Origin: Candidatus Latescibacterota bacterium
GTDB taxonomy: Bacteria > Latescibacterota > UBA2968 > GCA-2709665
Reading direction: 5' to 3'
NCBI GenBank assembly: GCA_965237675.1
Contig: OZ250150.1
Location: 4,320,001 to 4,384,000, forward strand
Length of the DNA stretch: 64,000 nucleotides
Below are positions 18,047 to 27,469 of this stretch, piece after piece. A program made the translations under genes and the position numbers. Position 1 is the first letter of the stretch. Each line of letters starts with the position of its first letter. Under the pieces are notes generated by a model. That model did no database searches, was not told the origin of the DNA, and saw nothing but the letters and a program-made list of their open reading frames with translations.

Positions 18047-21000
18047 TCAACGCGCGCGCCGCAGGCCGAAACGCTCGAGTTTTTTGTACAGTCCGGATCG
18101 CGTGAGTCCCAATTCCAAAGCCGTTCGGGTTACGTTCCCATCGTTCTTGGCGAGCACCTGGGAAAGATACCGCTTCTCGATCGATTGCAGAAATATTCTC
18201 AAACTGCCCGGTGTGCTATCATCCCCGGCCCAATCACGACGTACGCGTTCAGAAAGTAATTCTACCTCGAATTCACCGCCATTTTCCACGAGGGTTACCA
18301 CACGGCGTATCTCGTTATCCAACTGCCGCACATTGCCGGGCCAGTCGTAATTCATCAGAGCTTTCATCGCCCCTTGCGTGAAACCCGCCACGGCTTTCCC
18401 CGCTTCAAGGGCGGCGTTCCGAAGAAAGTGCCCCGCCAGCGCGGGAATATCGTCTTTTTTGTCTTTCAGCGACGGCATCTCGATGGACAGCACCTGAAGG
18501 CGGTAGAATAAATCTTTCCGAAACGCCCCCTGAGATACGGCCTCCTCCAGATCCACATTCGTTGCCGCAATGATGCGCACGTTCACACTTCGGGGCACGC
18601 TCTCACCCACCCGTCGAACCTCTCCGTTCTGTAACACCCGGAGCAGGCTGGCCTGAACTTCGGGCGAGGCATCAGCGATCTCATCGAGAAAGACCGTACC
18701 GCCTTGCGCGGTTTCGAATATCCCGGCGCGATCCGCCACGGCTCCCGTAAACGAACCTCTCCTGTGGCCGAAAAATTCACTCTGCAGCAACTCTCCCGAT
18801 AGCGCTCCACAATTCTGCGACAGAAACAGGTGATCTTTCGTGACGCTGTTATCGTGGATAGCTCGGGCTGCCAGCTCTTTTCCCGTCCCGGTCTCTCCAT
18901 GAATGAGTACCGTCATATCCGTACGGGCCGCCCGCTCGATCCGGCGATAGACCGCCTGCATCGCGCGACTGGCTCCTACCAGCCCGCCCAATCCCTTCCT
19001 GCCGGACTCGTCGCGCTCCCGATACAATGCCCGTTCCTTTAACCTGCTTCTCATCCGGGCCTGAATCACGCCCGCGGACAGCAGACCGGCAAGTGCGATC
19101 AAAAACCTCCGGTCCGCTTCGGAAACGGCGTTTCCATTACCGCGACGTTCCAGATACAACGCTCCCAGCGAACCTCCCTCTCGATGGTATAGTGGCACGC
19201 ACGCCACCGAGCGGACGTCGAAATCGAAAACACGCTGCCGTTTCTTGAATCCCTTATCCGCGGGGGCGTCCGCGGTAAACACCGGTTCGTTGTTCTCCAT
19301 TGCCCGCCGTACCACGCCCAGGTCTATGCCCTTCGACGCTCCATTTCCACCCTCGCCAGACCGTGCCATTTCGGTACGCAACGCTCCTGACGTGGCATCT
19401 TTAAACACGACGATTGCCCTTTCCGCCCCCACCACCTTCAAACACCCGTCGAGCGTCCTGTCCATCAGTGAAGTCAGGTCGAGGCCCCGACCCAAATCCG
19501 CGGCAACCTCGGAAACCGCCGCAATCCTGTCATACATCGGCCGAGACTCTGCTGAACCCACCGATGCAGATCGCACTTCCAGCCGTGCCAACCTGGAGAG
19601 TAGATTCGACGCTTTCCGTGCAAAGAAGGGCGTCTGCAGTGCCTCCGCCTTGCGTTTTGCCGCCTCGAGCCGCAAACGTGCAATTTCCAGATTGCCATGC
19701 TCGAGATAAAACCGACCGGCCGCCAGTAACGAACGGAACCATTCAAACCGTCGGTTTACCTGCTTGTTCTCTATAGCCCGTTCGAACGCATCCTCGGCCG
19801 CTTCATGTCGCTTTGCAGCGGCCGACGCGACGCCGATCCCGCGCCAGGCCACCGTACCGGTTTCTCCGGCTATTTGAGTGCCGGGTCGGGCTTTTTCCGC
19901 CCATCTCACCGCCTCGTCCGCGTTCCCCAGAGCCGAGTGAGCCTCGGCCATCAGGCCAAATGCCCAGTACAGCTGACGTGCATCCTTTACATGAGACAGA
20001 ATCTCAACCGCCTTTTTGCCATATGCCACCGCGGACTCTGCATCTTTCTTTTCCAGCGCTATGGCCCCAAGATAAAAATGGCTCACGCCTTCTGGCGCCG
20101 TTCGTCTCCAGTCACGACTTGAATCTTGGCGTGCCTGAAAGATATCTTCAGCACGCTGAAAATTACCGGTTCGAAATGCGGTTGTTCCTATCAGGCCCAT
20201 ATTGCCGATATTCTCGGCTCGGTCTCCGGCTTTCTCTGACCATTCCAAAGCAGACTCGAAGAGCGTATAAGCGTCTCCAAGACGATCCTCGAGGTAGGCA
20301 CCGTAGCCCTTGAAGTAGCTGGCCATCGACCTGCTCAGCACGCCATCGGCCTGCTCGTATTGCTCGGAGATCAGATTTATCTGAACCCTGGCTTCCTCTC
20401 TTCTCTCCATACGTTCATAAAGGGAGGCCAACCAGCCCCTCGTGTCACTTTCCTTTTTCCTGTTTCGGAGCCTTCGGTAAATTTCAATCGCTTCCAGAAA
20501 TGCCGTCTCTGCTTTATGATACGACCGGGAACGGGCGTTAAGGATGCCGAGTTGGCACAGAACCAGCGCCCTGTCAGCCGTGGTGCGGTCTGAAACCAGC
20601 GACAATGCGTCTTTCGCTTTCTCTCGTGCTTCCTCAATATAACCTCGCGAAGACAATGCGTTTGAATAGTCGCACAGAAACCTCACCCTCGACTTGATTT
20701 TCTCGACGGGGACGGCCGTTGAATTTTCTACGTGAAGATTCTGCGCCGATACGTCCTTAAACATGCTCAATGCGCGGTCTACCGCACGTACACTGAGCGC
20801 CTGCTTACCCGCTTGAATGAGGAATTGATCGGCCTTCTCGACATCTCCGGATCTCTGGTAATGAAATGCCAGGTCTTCGACTCGCTGCGGTTGCGCATCG
20901 GAATTCGGAACCTCCAGCGTCCTGGCTACCTCCCGATGCAATAGGATACGTCGCTTTGCACCCAGGCTGCTGTAGACCACGCGTTGCAAAAGCATGTTGG

Positions 21001-22876
21001 AAAGTCGGTACTCGTACGGAGCGTCTGCTCCCGTTTCGTTTCGCAACAGGTCGAGATGTACCAGATATTTCAGGATCTCTATCAGATCTAACTCACTCCC
21101 CTGCCATACTTTCGCAATCAGATCCAACGTGAATCCGCTCGCACAGACAGAGGCATAATCCAGGACTCGACGCTGTGCCGGGTGGATTGCCTCCAGGCGT
21201 CTGCGAAGGATCTCCGCGACACGATCCGGCATCAGCCCGGCAGGAATCGGATTCCACCGCCATCCATCGTCGCCCTCGTTCCGAACAACGCCCTCCGCAA
21301 CCAGCGAATGAACGGATTCGACAACGTAGAGGGGGCAACCGCCCGTCTCTTCAAAGAGTCTACGTGCGACTTCCTCCGGGACCTGCTGTTCATCAAGGAT
21401 GGAGGCCGCCAGGCGCGCCGTCGCGGTCTCCGTGAGACAACCCAGGTGAAATTCATGAAACCTGCCGGCCGCTCCATCTCCTGGGAGCCCTTCCATGTGT
21501 CCCGCTACGTGCGTATCTACATCCCGAGAACATGTCAGGCAGAGCAACAGCGGAAAGTCTTCCTCTTCGTTCCTGCATCGTTGCAAGAGCCGGAGTGTGA
21601 GTTCATCCGACCATTGAAGATCTTCGATACACAGCAGGACCGGTTGGATACACGCAAGTTTTCGCAGCAGATGCCAGGTTTTTTCCAATGCGGCGCAGGC
21701 GTCGTCCCCCGCGTTGGCAAAAACAGGCTCCTGCCGAACGACATCTCCGAGCGCTTCCATCAGCGGCAGGCAGGCGTCACGACGTTCCTGACGGCACGCG
21801 CCTGAAAGCACCTGCATACCATAGAGTGCGGCGTCGCCCAGTACTTCCTCCATCAGACGCGACTTGCCCATGCCTGCTTCCCCTGAAACCAACACCGTCT
21901 GCCGCCGACCCGCGTACGCAACCGAGATGATTTCCCGCAGCGCCTTCATTTCCGTTTCCCTACCGAGGAGGGGAGGCACCGTGAGGCGGCATCCGGTTTC
22001 CCCTGTCTTTTCTTCCTGTCGCGCACCCGTCGCGACAATTGAGTCAATTCCGGCGAGGAGTTCGCGGGCAGACTGGAATCGGTCTACGGGTTCTTTGGCG
22101 AGAAGCTTCATCACCAGTGCCAGAACCCGCGCCCCCTGCTTCGGGTTCAGGGATTGAAGGTGACGCGGCTGTTCCCTCACATGCCTCAGGATGACGGCAA
22201 CCTGGCTATCGCCGGTAAACGGCGGCGCGCCCGCCAATATTTCGTAGAGTACAATGCCCAGGGAGTAGAGGTCGGACCGCTCGTCCACACACCCGCCACG
22301 TCCGTGTTCCGGAGACATATATTCCGCCGTGCCCATCGCTGGAATATCACAGGTGGACGACGCTGCGGGTGCTTTAGTGATATGCGCCAGACCCAGATCC
22401 AGTATAGCTGTTTCGATCTGCCTGTCCTGCTCCACGACCACTATATTCGAGGGTTTGAGGTCAAGGTGCAGCAGACCTTGACCGTGTATGCAGGCCAGTC
22501 CATCGACAATTTGCCGAACCAGTGGCAAAAATCCCTTCCCCCTCAGCACGTCCTCCCGGGTTTCGTCCTTGATCATGCTCGCAAGGGTCTGCCCTCCCGG
22601 ACAGTCCATGGAAAAATAGGGCCGCCCTTCATGCACCCCCCAGCTACGGGCCCTCATAACCCGCGGATGCCGGATGCGTGAGAGCATGTGAAACTCCCGC
22701 ATAAACCGCCGCCGGTGTTCCTCCTGTTTAACTTCCCCTTGCAGCACCTTGAGCGCGACCTCACCGCCCCGATCCAGGTCCCGCGCCCTATAAACCACCC
22801 CCACACCTCCGGTACCAAGGACTTCGAGTGTCTCGTATCGCCCGTCGATTAGAATTCCGGCTGTCTTCTCTGTCAT
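18047..22876 (-). CDS. Ser/Thr kinase - STAND/AAA ATPase - TPR - GAF - sigma54 activator - Fis HTH fusion (1609 aa)
   Basis: LGTGGVGVV, VALK, HLDLKPSN, DLG, YMSPE; Walker A GEAGMGKS and Walker B IEDLQWSD; RSVACVPL (GAF); GETGTGKE, GSFTGA, WPGNVRQL, HTH. Confidence 0.92.
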   Translation of the reverse strand: MTEKTAGILIDGRYETLEVLGTGGVGVVYRARDLDRGGEVALKVLQGEVKQEEHRRRFMREFHMLSRIRHPRVMRARSWGVHEGRPYFSMDCPGGQTLASMIKDETREDVLRGKGFLPLVRQIVDGLACIHGQGLLHLDLKPSNIVVVEQDRQIETAILDLGLAHITKAPAASSTCDIPAMGTAEYMSPEHGRGGCVDERSDLYSLGIVLYEILAGAPPFTGDSQVAVILRHVREQPRHLQSLNPKQGARVLALVMKLLAKEPVDRFQSARELLAGIDSIVATGARQEEKTGETGCRLTVPPLLGRETEMKALREIISVAYAGRRQTVLVSGEAGMGKSRLMEEVLGDAALYGMQVLSGACRQERRDACLPLMEALGDVVRQEPVFANAGDDACAALEKTWHLLRKLACIQPVLLCIEDLQWSDELTLRLLQRCRNEEEDFPLLLCLTCSRDVDTHVAGHMEGLPGDGAAGRFHEFHLGCLTETATARLAASILDEQQVPEEVARRLFEETGGCPLYVVESVHSLVAEGVVRNEGDDGWRWNPIPAGLMPDRVAEILRRRLEAIHPAQRRVLDYASVCASGFTLDLIAKVWQGSELDLIEILKYLVHLDLLRNETGADAPYEYRLSNMLLQRVVYSSLGAKRRILLHREVARTLEVPNSDAQPQRVEDLAFHYQRSGDVEKADQFLIQAGKQALSVRAVDRALSMFKDVSAQNLHVENSTAVPVEKIKSRVRFLCDYSNALSSRGYIEEAREKAKDALSLVSDRTTADRALVLCQLGILNARSRSYHKAETAFLEAIEIYRRLRNRKKESDTRGWLASLYERMERREEARVQINLISEQYEQADGVLSRSMASYFKGYGAYLEDRLGDAYTLFESALEWSEKAGDRAENIGNMGLIGTTAFRTGNFQRAEDIFQARQDSSRDWRRTAPEGVSHFYLGAIALEKKDAESAVAYGKKAVEILSHVKDARQLYWAFGLMAEAHSALGNADEAVRWAEKARPGTQIAGETGTVAWRGIGVASAAAKRHEAAEDAFERAIENKQVNRRFEWFRSLLAAGRFYLEHGNLEIARLRLEAAKRKAEALQTPFFARKASNLLSRLARLEVRSASVGSAESRPMYDRIAAVSEVAADLGRGLDLTSLMDRTLDGCLKVVGAERAIVVFKDATSGALRTEMARSGEGGNGASKGIDLGVVRRAMENNEPVFTADAPADKGFKKRQRVFDFDVRSVACVPLYHREGGSLGALYLERRGNGNAVSEADRRFLIALAGLLSAGVIQARMRSRLKERALYRERDESGRKGLGGLVGASRAMQAVYRRIERAARTDMTVLIHGETGTGKELAARAIHDNSVTKDHLFLSQNCGALSGELLQSEFFGHRRGSFTGAVADRAGIFETAQGGTVFLDEIADASPEVQASLLRVLQNGEVRRVGESVPRSVNVRIIAATNVDLEEAVSQGAFRKDLFYRLQVLSIEMPSLKDKKDDIPALAGHFLRNAALEAGKAVAGFTQGAMKALMNYDWPGNVRQLDNEIRRVVTLVENGGEFEVELLSERVRRDWAGDDSTPGSLRIFLQSIEKRYLSQVLAKNDGNVTRTALELGLTRSGLYKKLERFGLRRAR

Positions 22877-22960
22877 CGTACGAATGTCGTTAAAGATGCA
22901 TTCAAAGTGGACGTGAATTCATGATTCGGGTGCGTCGCTGTAGAACGGACCCTCCGACAT

Positions 22961-25102
22961 TCACCCGGTTTCCTTCCGTTCCATCAGCAGTTCCAGCGGG
23001 TGCACGACTTTGATACCCGTACCCTCGCGCAGATGGATCGCACACACGCTGCTTTCGGTGACGATGGTATCCACCTTCGCCTCCTGGAAGGCCTGAAACA
23101 GCGGTTCTCCGACGGCCTGTGCAAGTTCGTATCCGAGCAGCCCTTTCTTCAAACCGAACGTACCCGCCATCCCGCAACACGTACCGGTCTCAATCAACTC
23201 GACTTCCGCGCCTCGCCGTTTCAGATAATCCCTCGCCTCCTGTCCGGAGCCCAGGGGCCGCTGATGGCAGGATACGTGAAATCCGAACCGGCGGCCGTCG
23301 AAGACAGACGTCTGCTCGTCGTCGCCGGTGAGCGTTTCGAGCATTTCCAGATACGCGAACAATTCATACGTACGGTCTGCCACCGCGCTGGCATCCGCCC
23401 GCCCGTGAAGCAGCTTGGGGTACGAAACCTTCAGACAATAGGCCGCCGTCGGCTCCGTGGTCACAACATCGTACCCGGCCTCGACGTAGGGCGTCATCAA
23501 GCGCACATTCTCATCGGCCACCTTCCCGGCCCGCTTCAGGTCGCCATAGCCGATGTAGGGGTAGCCGCTACCACGTTGTTTGGGCAGAACGACCTCGCAT
23601 CCGAGGGCTTCCAGCGCCTCGACAGCCGCCCGGCCGAGTTCCGGGGCATTATACGCCGCGTAAATATCCGCGAAGAATACCACCTGGCGCAACGGATCCT
23701 TCAAGCGTGGCATTTCACCCCGTTTCCTGAACCATTTCGCCAAGGTACGGCGCCTGAACGGCGGCAAAGTCCGCCTTCGGTCGATGCCCGGAAACACCTC
23801 CATCACCCACCTGAACAGCCCGTTCCTCAGCATCCAGTTGGAAACCGGCGCGATGGCGCAGCCGAACTTCGCAAAGGCCTCCGCGGCCATCAGCATTCGG
23901 TTCACCCGTGGGTGCCCGTTTTCCTCGCCGTCTCGATCCTTAACGCCGGCAATCATCATGGGAATATCGATCTCGGCGGGACAGATCTCCTTGCAGAGCC
24001 CGCACGAGATACAAAGCGACGCAAACTCGGCGGCTTTGTCCAGTCCGTGCACCTCCGATGTCCAGGGAATTCCGATCGGCCCGGGATAGATGTAGCCAAA
24101 CGTATGCCCGCCCACCACGCCGTAGGTGGGGCAGATATTCATGCAGGCGCCGCAACGGATGCAATTCAACGCGTCCTTGAACAGCGGGTCTTGCCGCATC
24201 CGGCTGCGCCCGTTGTCCAGTATGATGATATGAGACTCGCGCGGGCTCCGTCCACCGCCGTTGCCGAGAGGAGACCTCCCCGCCATCATCGTCACATACG
24301 TGGTGAGATGCTGCCCGACCGCGCTGATGGGATGCGCAAGCATCATCTGCAATGCATCCTCCACCGTATCCACAGTCTTCTCCCGACCCATGATGCAGAT
24401 GTGCACATCGGGAATGCTGGACACGAGCCGAGCGTTGCCCTCATTGGTCTCGATGACGATGGCGCCGGTTTCGGCGATCCCCACGTTGGCGCCGGTCATC
24501 CCGATATCCGCATTCAGAAAAATCGGCCGCAGGTATTTGCGCACGACGCGCATAATGGCGTCGACGTCCGGCGGCACGTCCTGTTGCGTCACCTCCCGGA
24601 AAATCTCCGCCACCTCCACCGCCGTTTTGTGCACCGCGGGAAAGACCAGGTGAAAGGGTTTTTCCTTCACCTTCTGTATGATCAATTCACCCAGGTCCGT
24701 CTCAATCACCTCCACGCCGGCTTCCTCGAGAGGATGATTCACCTCGATCTCCTCGCTCGTCAGCGACTTGGACTTGGCCACGGACGCGGCGCCACGCTCC
24801 TTAACGATGCCCAGAATGTATGAAATCGCTTCGGGGCCGTCGTCTGCCATGAATACCCTGGCGCCACGTTCCCGCGCCTTGGCTGCGAACCTGTCCACCA
24901 GCTCGTCCTGCTGCTCGAGGCACCGGACCTTGATCGAACGAACCGTGCTGCGAAACCCCTCGCCTTCCGGCAACGCGCCAACAGCCTTGTTCCGGCTGTC
25001 CCGACCACGTTTCATCACCTGATATAATGCCGTGCGTTTGGATCTTTCCTTGAGTGCCCGATCGATCTTTGCTTCCAGCTGCTGATACCGGCCCTTCGGC
25101 AT
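22961..25102 (-). CDS. LutB/LldF-type LUD + 4Fe-4S protein fused to CCG (GlpC/LutA-like) domains
   Basis: KSKSLTSEEI, ETDLGE, TNEGNA, CIRCGACMNICP, CISCGLCKEICP, CCGMAGTFG. Confidence 0.88.
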   Translation of the reverse strand: MPKGRYQQLEAKIDRALKERSKRTALYQVMKRGRDSRNKAVGALPEGEGFRSTVRSIKVRCLEQQDELVDRFAAKARERGARVFMADDGPEAISYILGIVKERGAASVAKSKSLTSEEIEVNHPLEEAGVEVIETDLGELIIQKVKEKPFHLVFPAVHKTAVEVAEIFREVTQQDVPPDVDAIMRVVRKYLRPIFLNADIGMTGANVGIAETGAIVIETNEGNARLVSSIPDVHICIMGREKTVDTVEDALQMMLAHPISAVGQHLTTYVTMMAGRSPLGNGGGRSPRESHIIILDNGRSRMRQDPLFKDALNCIRCGACMNICPTYGVVGGHTFGYIYPGPIGIPWTSEVHGLDKAAEFASLCISCGLCKEICPAEIDIPMMIAGVKDRDGEENGHPRVNRMLMAAEAFAKFGCAIAPVSNWMLRNGLFRWVMEVFPGIDRRRTLPPFRRRTLAKWFRKRGEMPRLKDPLRQVVFFADIYAAYNAPELGRAAVEALEALGCEVVLPKQRGSGYPYIGYGDLKRAGKVADENVRLMTPYVEAGYDVVTTEPTAAYCLKVSYPKLLHGRADASAVADRTYELFAYLEMLETLTGDDEQTSVFDGRRFGFHVSCHQRPLGSGQEARDYLKRRGAEVELIETGTCCGMAGTFGLKKGLLGYELAQAVGEPLFQAFQEAKVDTIVTESSVCAIHLREGTGIKVVHPLELLMERKETG

Positions 25103-25167
25103 CGTTCATTTCCTTTCGTACTCGTGATTAAGTCACTCCGATCCAATCCGTGTGTCCAACTCGTCTT

Positions 25168-25734
25168 CTATTGGTCCAGAATAACCGCATGCGCCATCTC
25201 CGGGCCATGCACACCCAGCGTAAGCCGCATCTCGATATCCGCTGTCCGGCTCGGGCCCGATATGAATGTCACGGTGGCGTTGCCCGGCTGTTCGTTCATG
25301 AACGCTCGGATCCGCGGGCCCGCGTCCATCAGCGTCTCTTTTATCTCCGCGGCCCTAACGACGCCCAGATGTATCCTGGGTAACGTAGATACGAGGCGGG
25401 TCGCGTCGTTTGTCGCGAACTCGACAAGGGCGCCGGCGTCCGCCACCGCGAACTCCGCCCAGGACACCCCGACGTGGGCGGCATCGATGGCGCCTGGCAG
25501 CGTCCGGTCGTCGTAGGGCGGCTTCAATAGTTCAACGCCCTCATCGGCGCACCGACGATCCAGAATCTGCCTCAGCGCATCCGGAAGTTCGGCCGCTGCC
25601 AGGCGGGTCCCTTCAGCATCGCGAAGGACGGAAAGCACCGCCTCTGCAGCGGACTCCATGCTGTCCGCGTGGTGTACGCGTCCGGATAGCGTTTCGTACT
25701 TTGAAACAAACTGTTCAATCACGTCGACCGCCAT
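25168..25734 (-). CDS. LutC/YkgG family LUD-domain protein
   Basis: FISGPSRTADIEMRLTLGVHGP; ATG 25734 with AAGGGG RBS. Confidence 0.88.
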   Translation of the reverse strand: MAVDVIEQFVSKYETLSGRVHHADSMESAAEAVLSVLRDAEGTRLAAAELPDALRQILDRRCADEGVELLKPPYDDRTLPGAIDAAHVGVSWAEFAVADAGALVEFATNDATRLVSTLPRIHLGVVRAAEIKETLMDAGPRIRAFMNEQPGNATVTFISGPSRTADIEMRLTLGVHGPEMAHAVILDQ

Positions 25735-26100
25735 AACGGCGTCCCCTTTCGATGGAACCCCGGAAAAATGCAGAACGGGGGCCATCAAGGTAAGTGCAAA
25801 ACCACCTCCGGTCAACCGTCTCACGAACGGATTATCCTCCCAAACGGGTTCGTTTTCATTTGGTGCGTTTTTGAAGGAAATGTATATTCGTCAGTCGCCG
25901 GCTTAAACCTCGTTTCGCATCTCATCCAACCGGCTTCTGCCCGATCAGTACCGGGCGATGCGGTCACCTGTAACGGGCGCCAATTCCTGCACTGCCCACC
26001 GCTTCGCAGGTCTGCCGATCGGCGTGCGACATGATTCTTTGTCCGCATTGACGCGGCAATCTCAGAATGGGAGGCCGTAATTCGAAAAGGAGCATTTCCG

Positions 26101-27096
26101 ATGGCAAAACCCATTCGTATTCTGCATATCGGTCTGGGGCCGCTTGGCCAGATGCTCGGACCGTATTTGACGGAAAAGGAACATTTGAAGCTTGTCGGCG
26201 CCGTCGACGTCGATCCCGCAAAGACAGGTCGTGATCTGGCGACACTGTACAACCTGGACCGGCCGTTGGACGTCGCCGTCGGGAGAAAATTGGACGCCGG
26301 GATGATGAACGACGCCGATGTGGCCATTCTCACGACGGTGTCCGAACTCCGTTCGCTATACCCCACGCTCGAACAACTGATGGACGGCGGCCTGAACGTC
26401 GTTTCCACGTGCGAGGAACTGGCATATCCCTGGGTTGCGGATCCGGAACTCGCGCAACGTATCGACGATCGCGCGAAGGCAAACCGTGTTTCCGTTCTCG
26501 GCACGGGCGTCAACCCGGGGTTTCTGATGGATTTTCTGCCGACGGCGACGACCGCCGTTTGCCGGAATGTGGACTCCATCCTGATCGAACGAATCCAGGA
26601 CGCATCCCAACGCCGCCTGCCCTTCCGTCGAAAAATAGGCGCGGGTCTTACCGTCGAAGCCTTTGAGGACCGCGTGAGAAGCCGTCAAATTCGCCACGTG
26701 GGCCTGGCCCAGTCCATGCATATGGTTGCGTCCAGACTCGGCTGGTGTCTGGACAAGACCGAGGATATCGTGGAACCGGTCGTCGCACGAACGGAGGTGC
26801 GCGGTATGGGTTGGTCCGTACCCGCCGGCCATGCCACCGGCGTGAACCAGACCGGTCGGGGTTATGCGGGCAACAGCGAGGTCCTCACGCTCGTGTTTCG
26901 CGCGACTGTGGGCGAGTCGCGCCCGAGAGACCGCATCCGCGTCCGCGGCACCCCGGAAATCGATCTCACGATTGCCGGCGGTATCAATGGAGACGTCGCT
27001 ACGTGTTCCATCGTTACCAATGCGATTCCGATCATCCATCATGCGGCGCCCGGTCTGCGCACCATGGTCGATATCGCCGCTATTTCGGCGTTCTAG
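26101..27096 (+). CDS. DapB-like / 2,4-diaminopentanoate dehydrogenase (Ord)-family reductase
   Basis: GLGPLG, NVVSTCEELAYPW, LGTGVNPGFLMD, GGINGDVAT. Confidence 0.85.
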   Translation: MAKPIRILHIGLGPLGQMLGPYLTEKEHLKLVGAVDVDPAKTGRDLATLYNLDRPLDVAVGRKLDAGMMNDADVAILTTVSELRSLYPTLEQLMDGGLNVVSTCEELAYPWVADPELAQRIDDRAKANRVSVLGTGVNPGFLMDFLPTATTAVCRNVDSILIERIQDASQRRLPFRRKIGAGLTVEAFEDRVRSRQIRHVGLAQSMHMVASRLGWCLDKTEDIVEPVVARTEVRGMGWSVPAGHATGVNQTGRGYAGNSEVLTLVFRATVGESRPRDRIRVRGTPEIDLTIAGGINGDVATCSIVTNAIPIIHHAAPGLRTMVDIAAISAF

Positions 27097-27112
27097 TGTT
27101 CTGTCGCGGAAA
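27094..27112. mobile_element. solo MITE-like end overlapping the TAG stop of the upstream gene
   Basis: (C)TAGTGTTCTGTCGCGGAAA. Confidence 0.5.
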
Positions 27113-27393
27113 CACTTGATTCCACAATCACGGGAGACTCCGCCTTCAACCTCGCGTCCGTCCCGAACCCCTTCAGGATCACCGACTGTTCGCCGGAAAC
27201 CACGAAATTGTTGCAAAATATACACATCTGTGTTATTCTTTCACAGGCTCCGGCCATGCGCCGATCTTTGTTTTCGACGCAAATGGTTTATTTTGAATCC
27301 CTTTTCTATCTGACGTGACGCGGTCATCCTGGTACGGTTTTTGCGTGCTCTGATTAACCTCTCTGAACGTGGTCGACGGATTCCAGCGGAGGT

Positions 27394-27464
27394 TAGTGCC
27401 CTGTCCCAGAAATATCTCACCATTCGGCCGACTTCAGGCAACCTATTTCCGGGACAGAACACGA
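27394..27464. mobile_element. MITE-like element, copy 2 (shortest)
   Basis: TAGTGCCCTGTCCCAGAAATATCTCACCATTC...GGCAACCTATTTCCGGGACAGAACACGA. Confidence 0.7.
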
Positions 27465-27469
27465 GCCCG

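Noticed and set aside
23000-24823. 607-aa plus-strand ORF (also 37097-38626, 13442-14437, 669-1646 and similar)
   Set aside because: Antisense shadows of well-supported genes in GC-rich DNA; no motifs of their own.
25780-25820. sigma54 promoter upstream of lutC
   Set aside because: GG-N10-GC is present but the -24 context is poor; TTGACC-17-TACCTT fits sigma70 better.
27341-27469. N-terminal extension of the Omp85 ORF
   Set aside because: It is translated MITE sequence (similar peptide text appears at 521-757); the signal peptide starts at ATG 27470.
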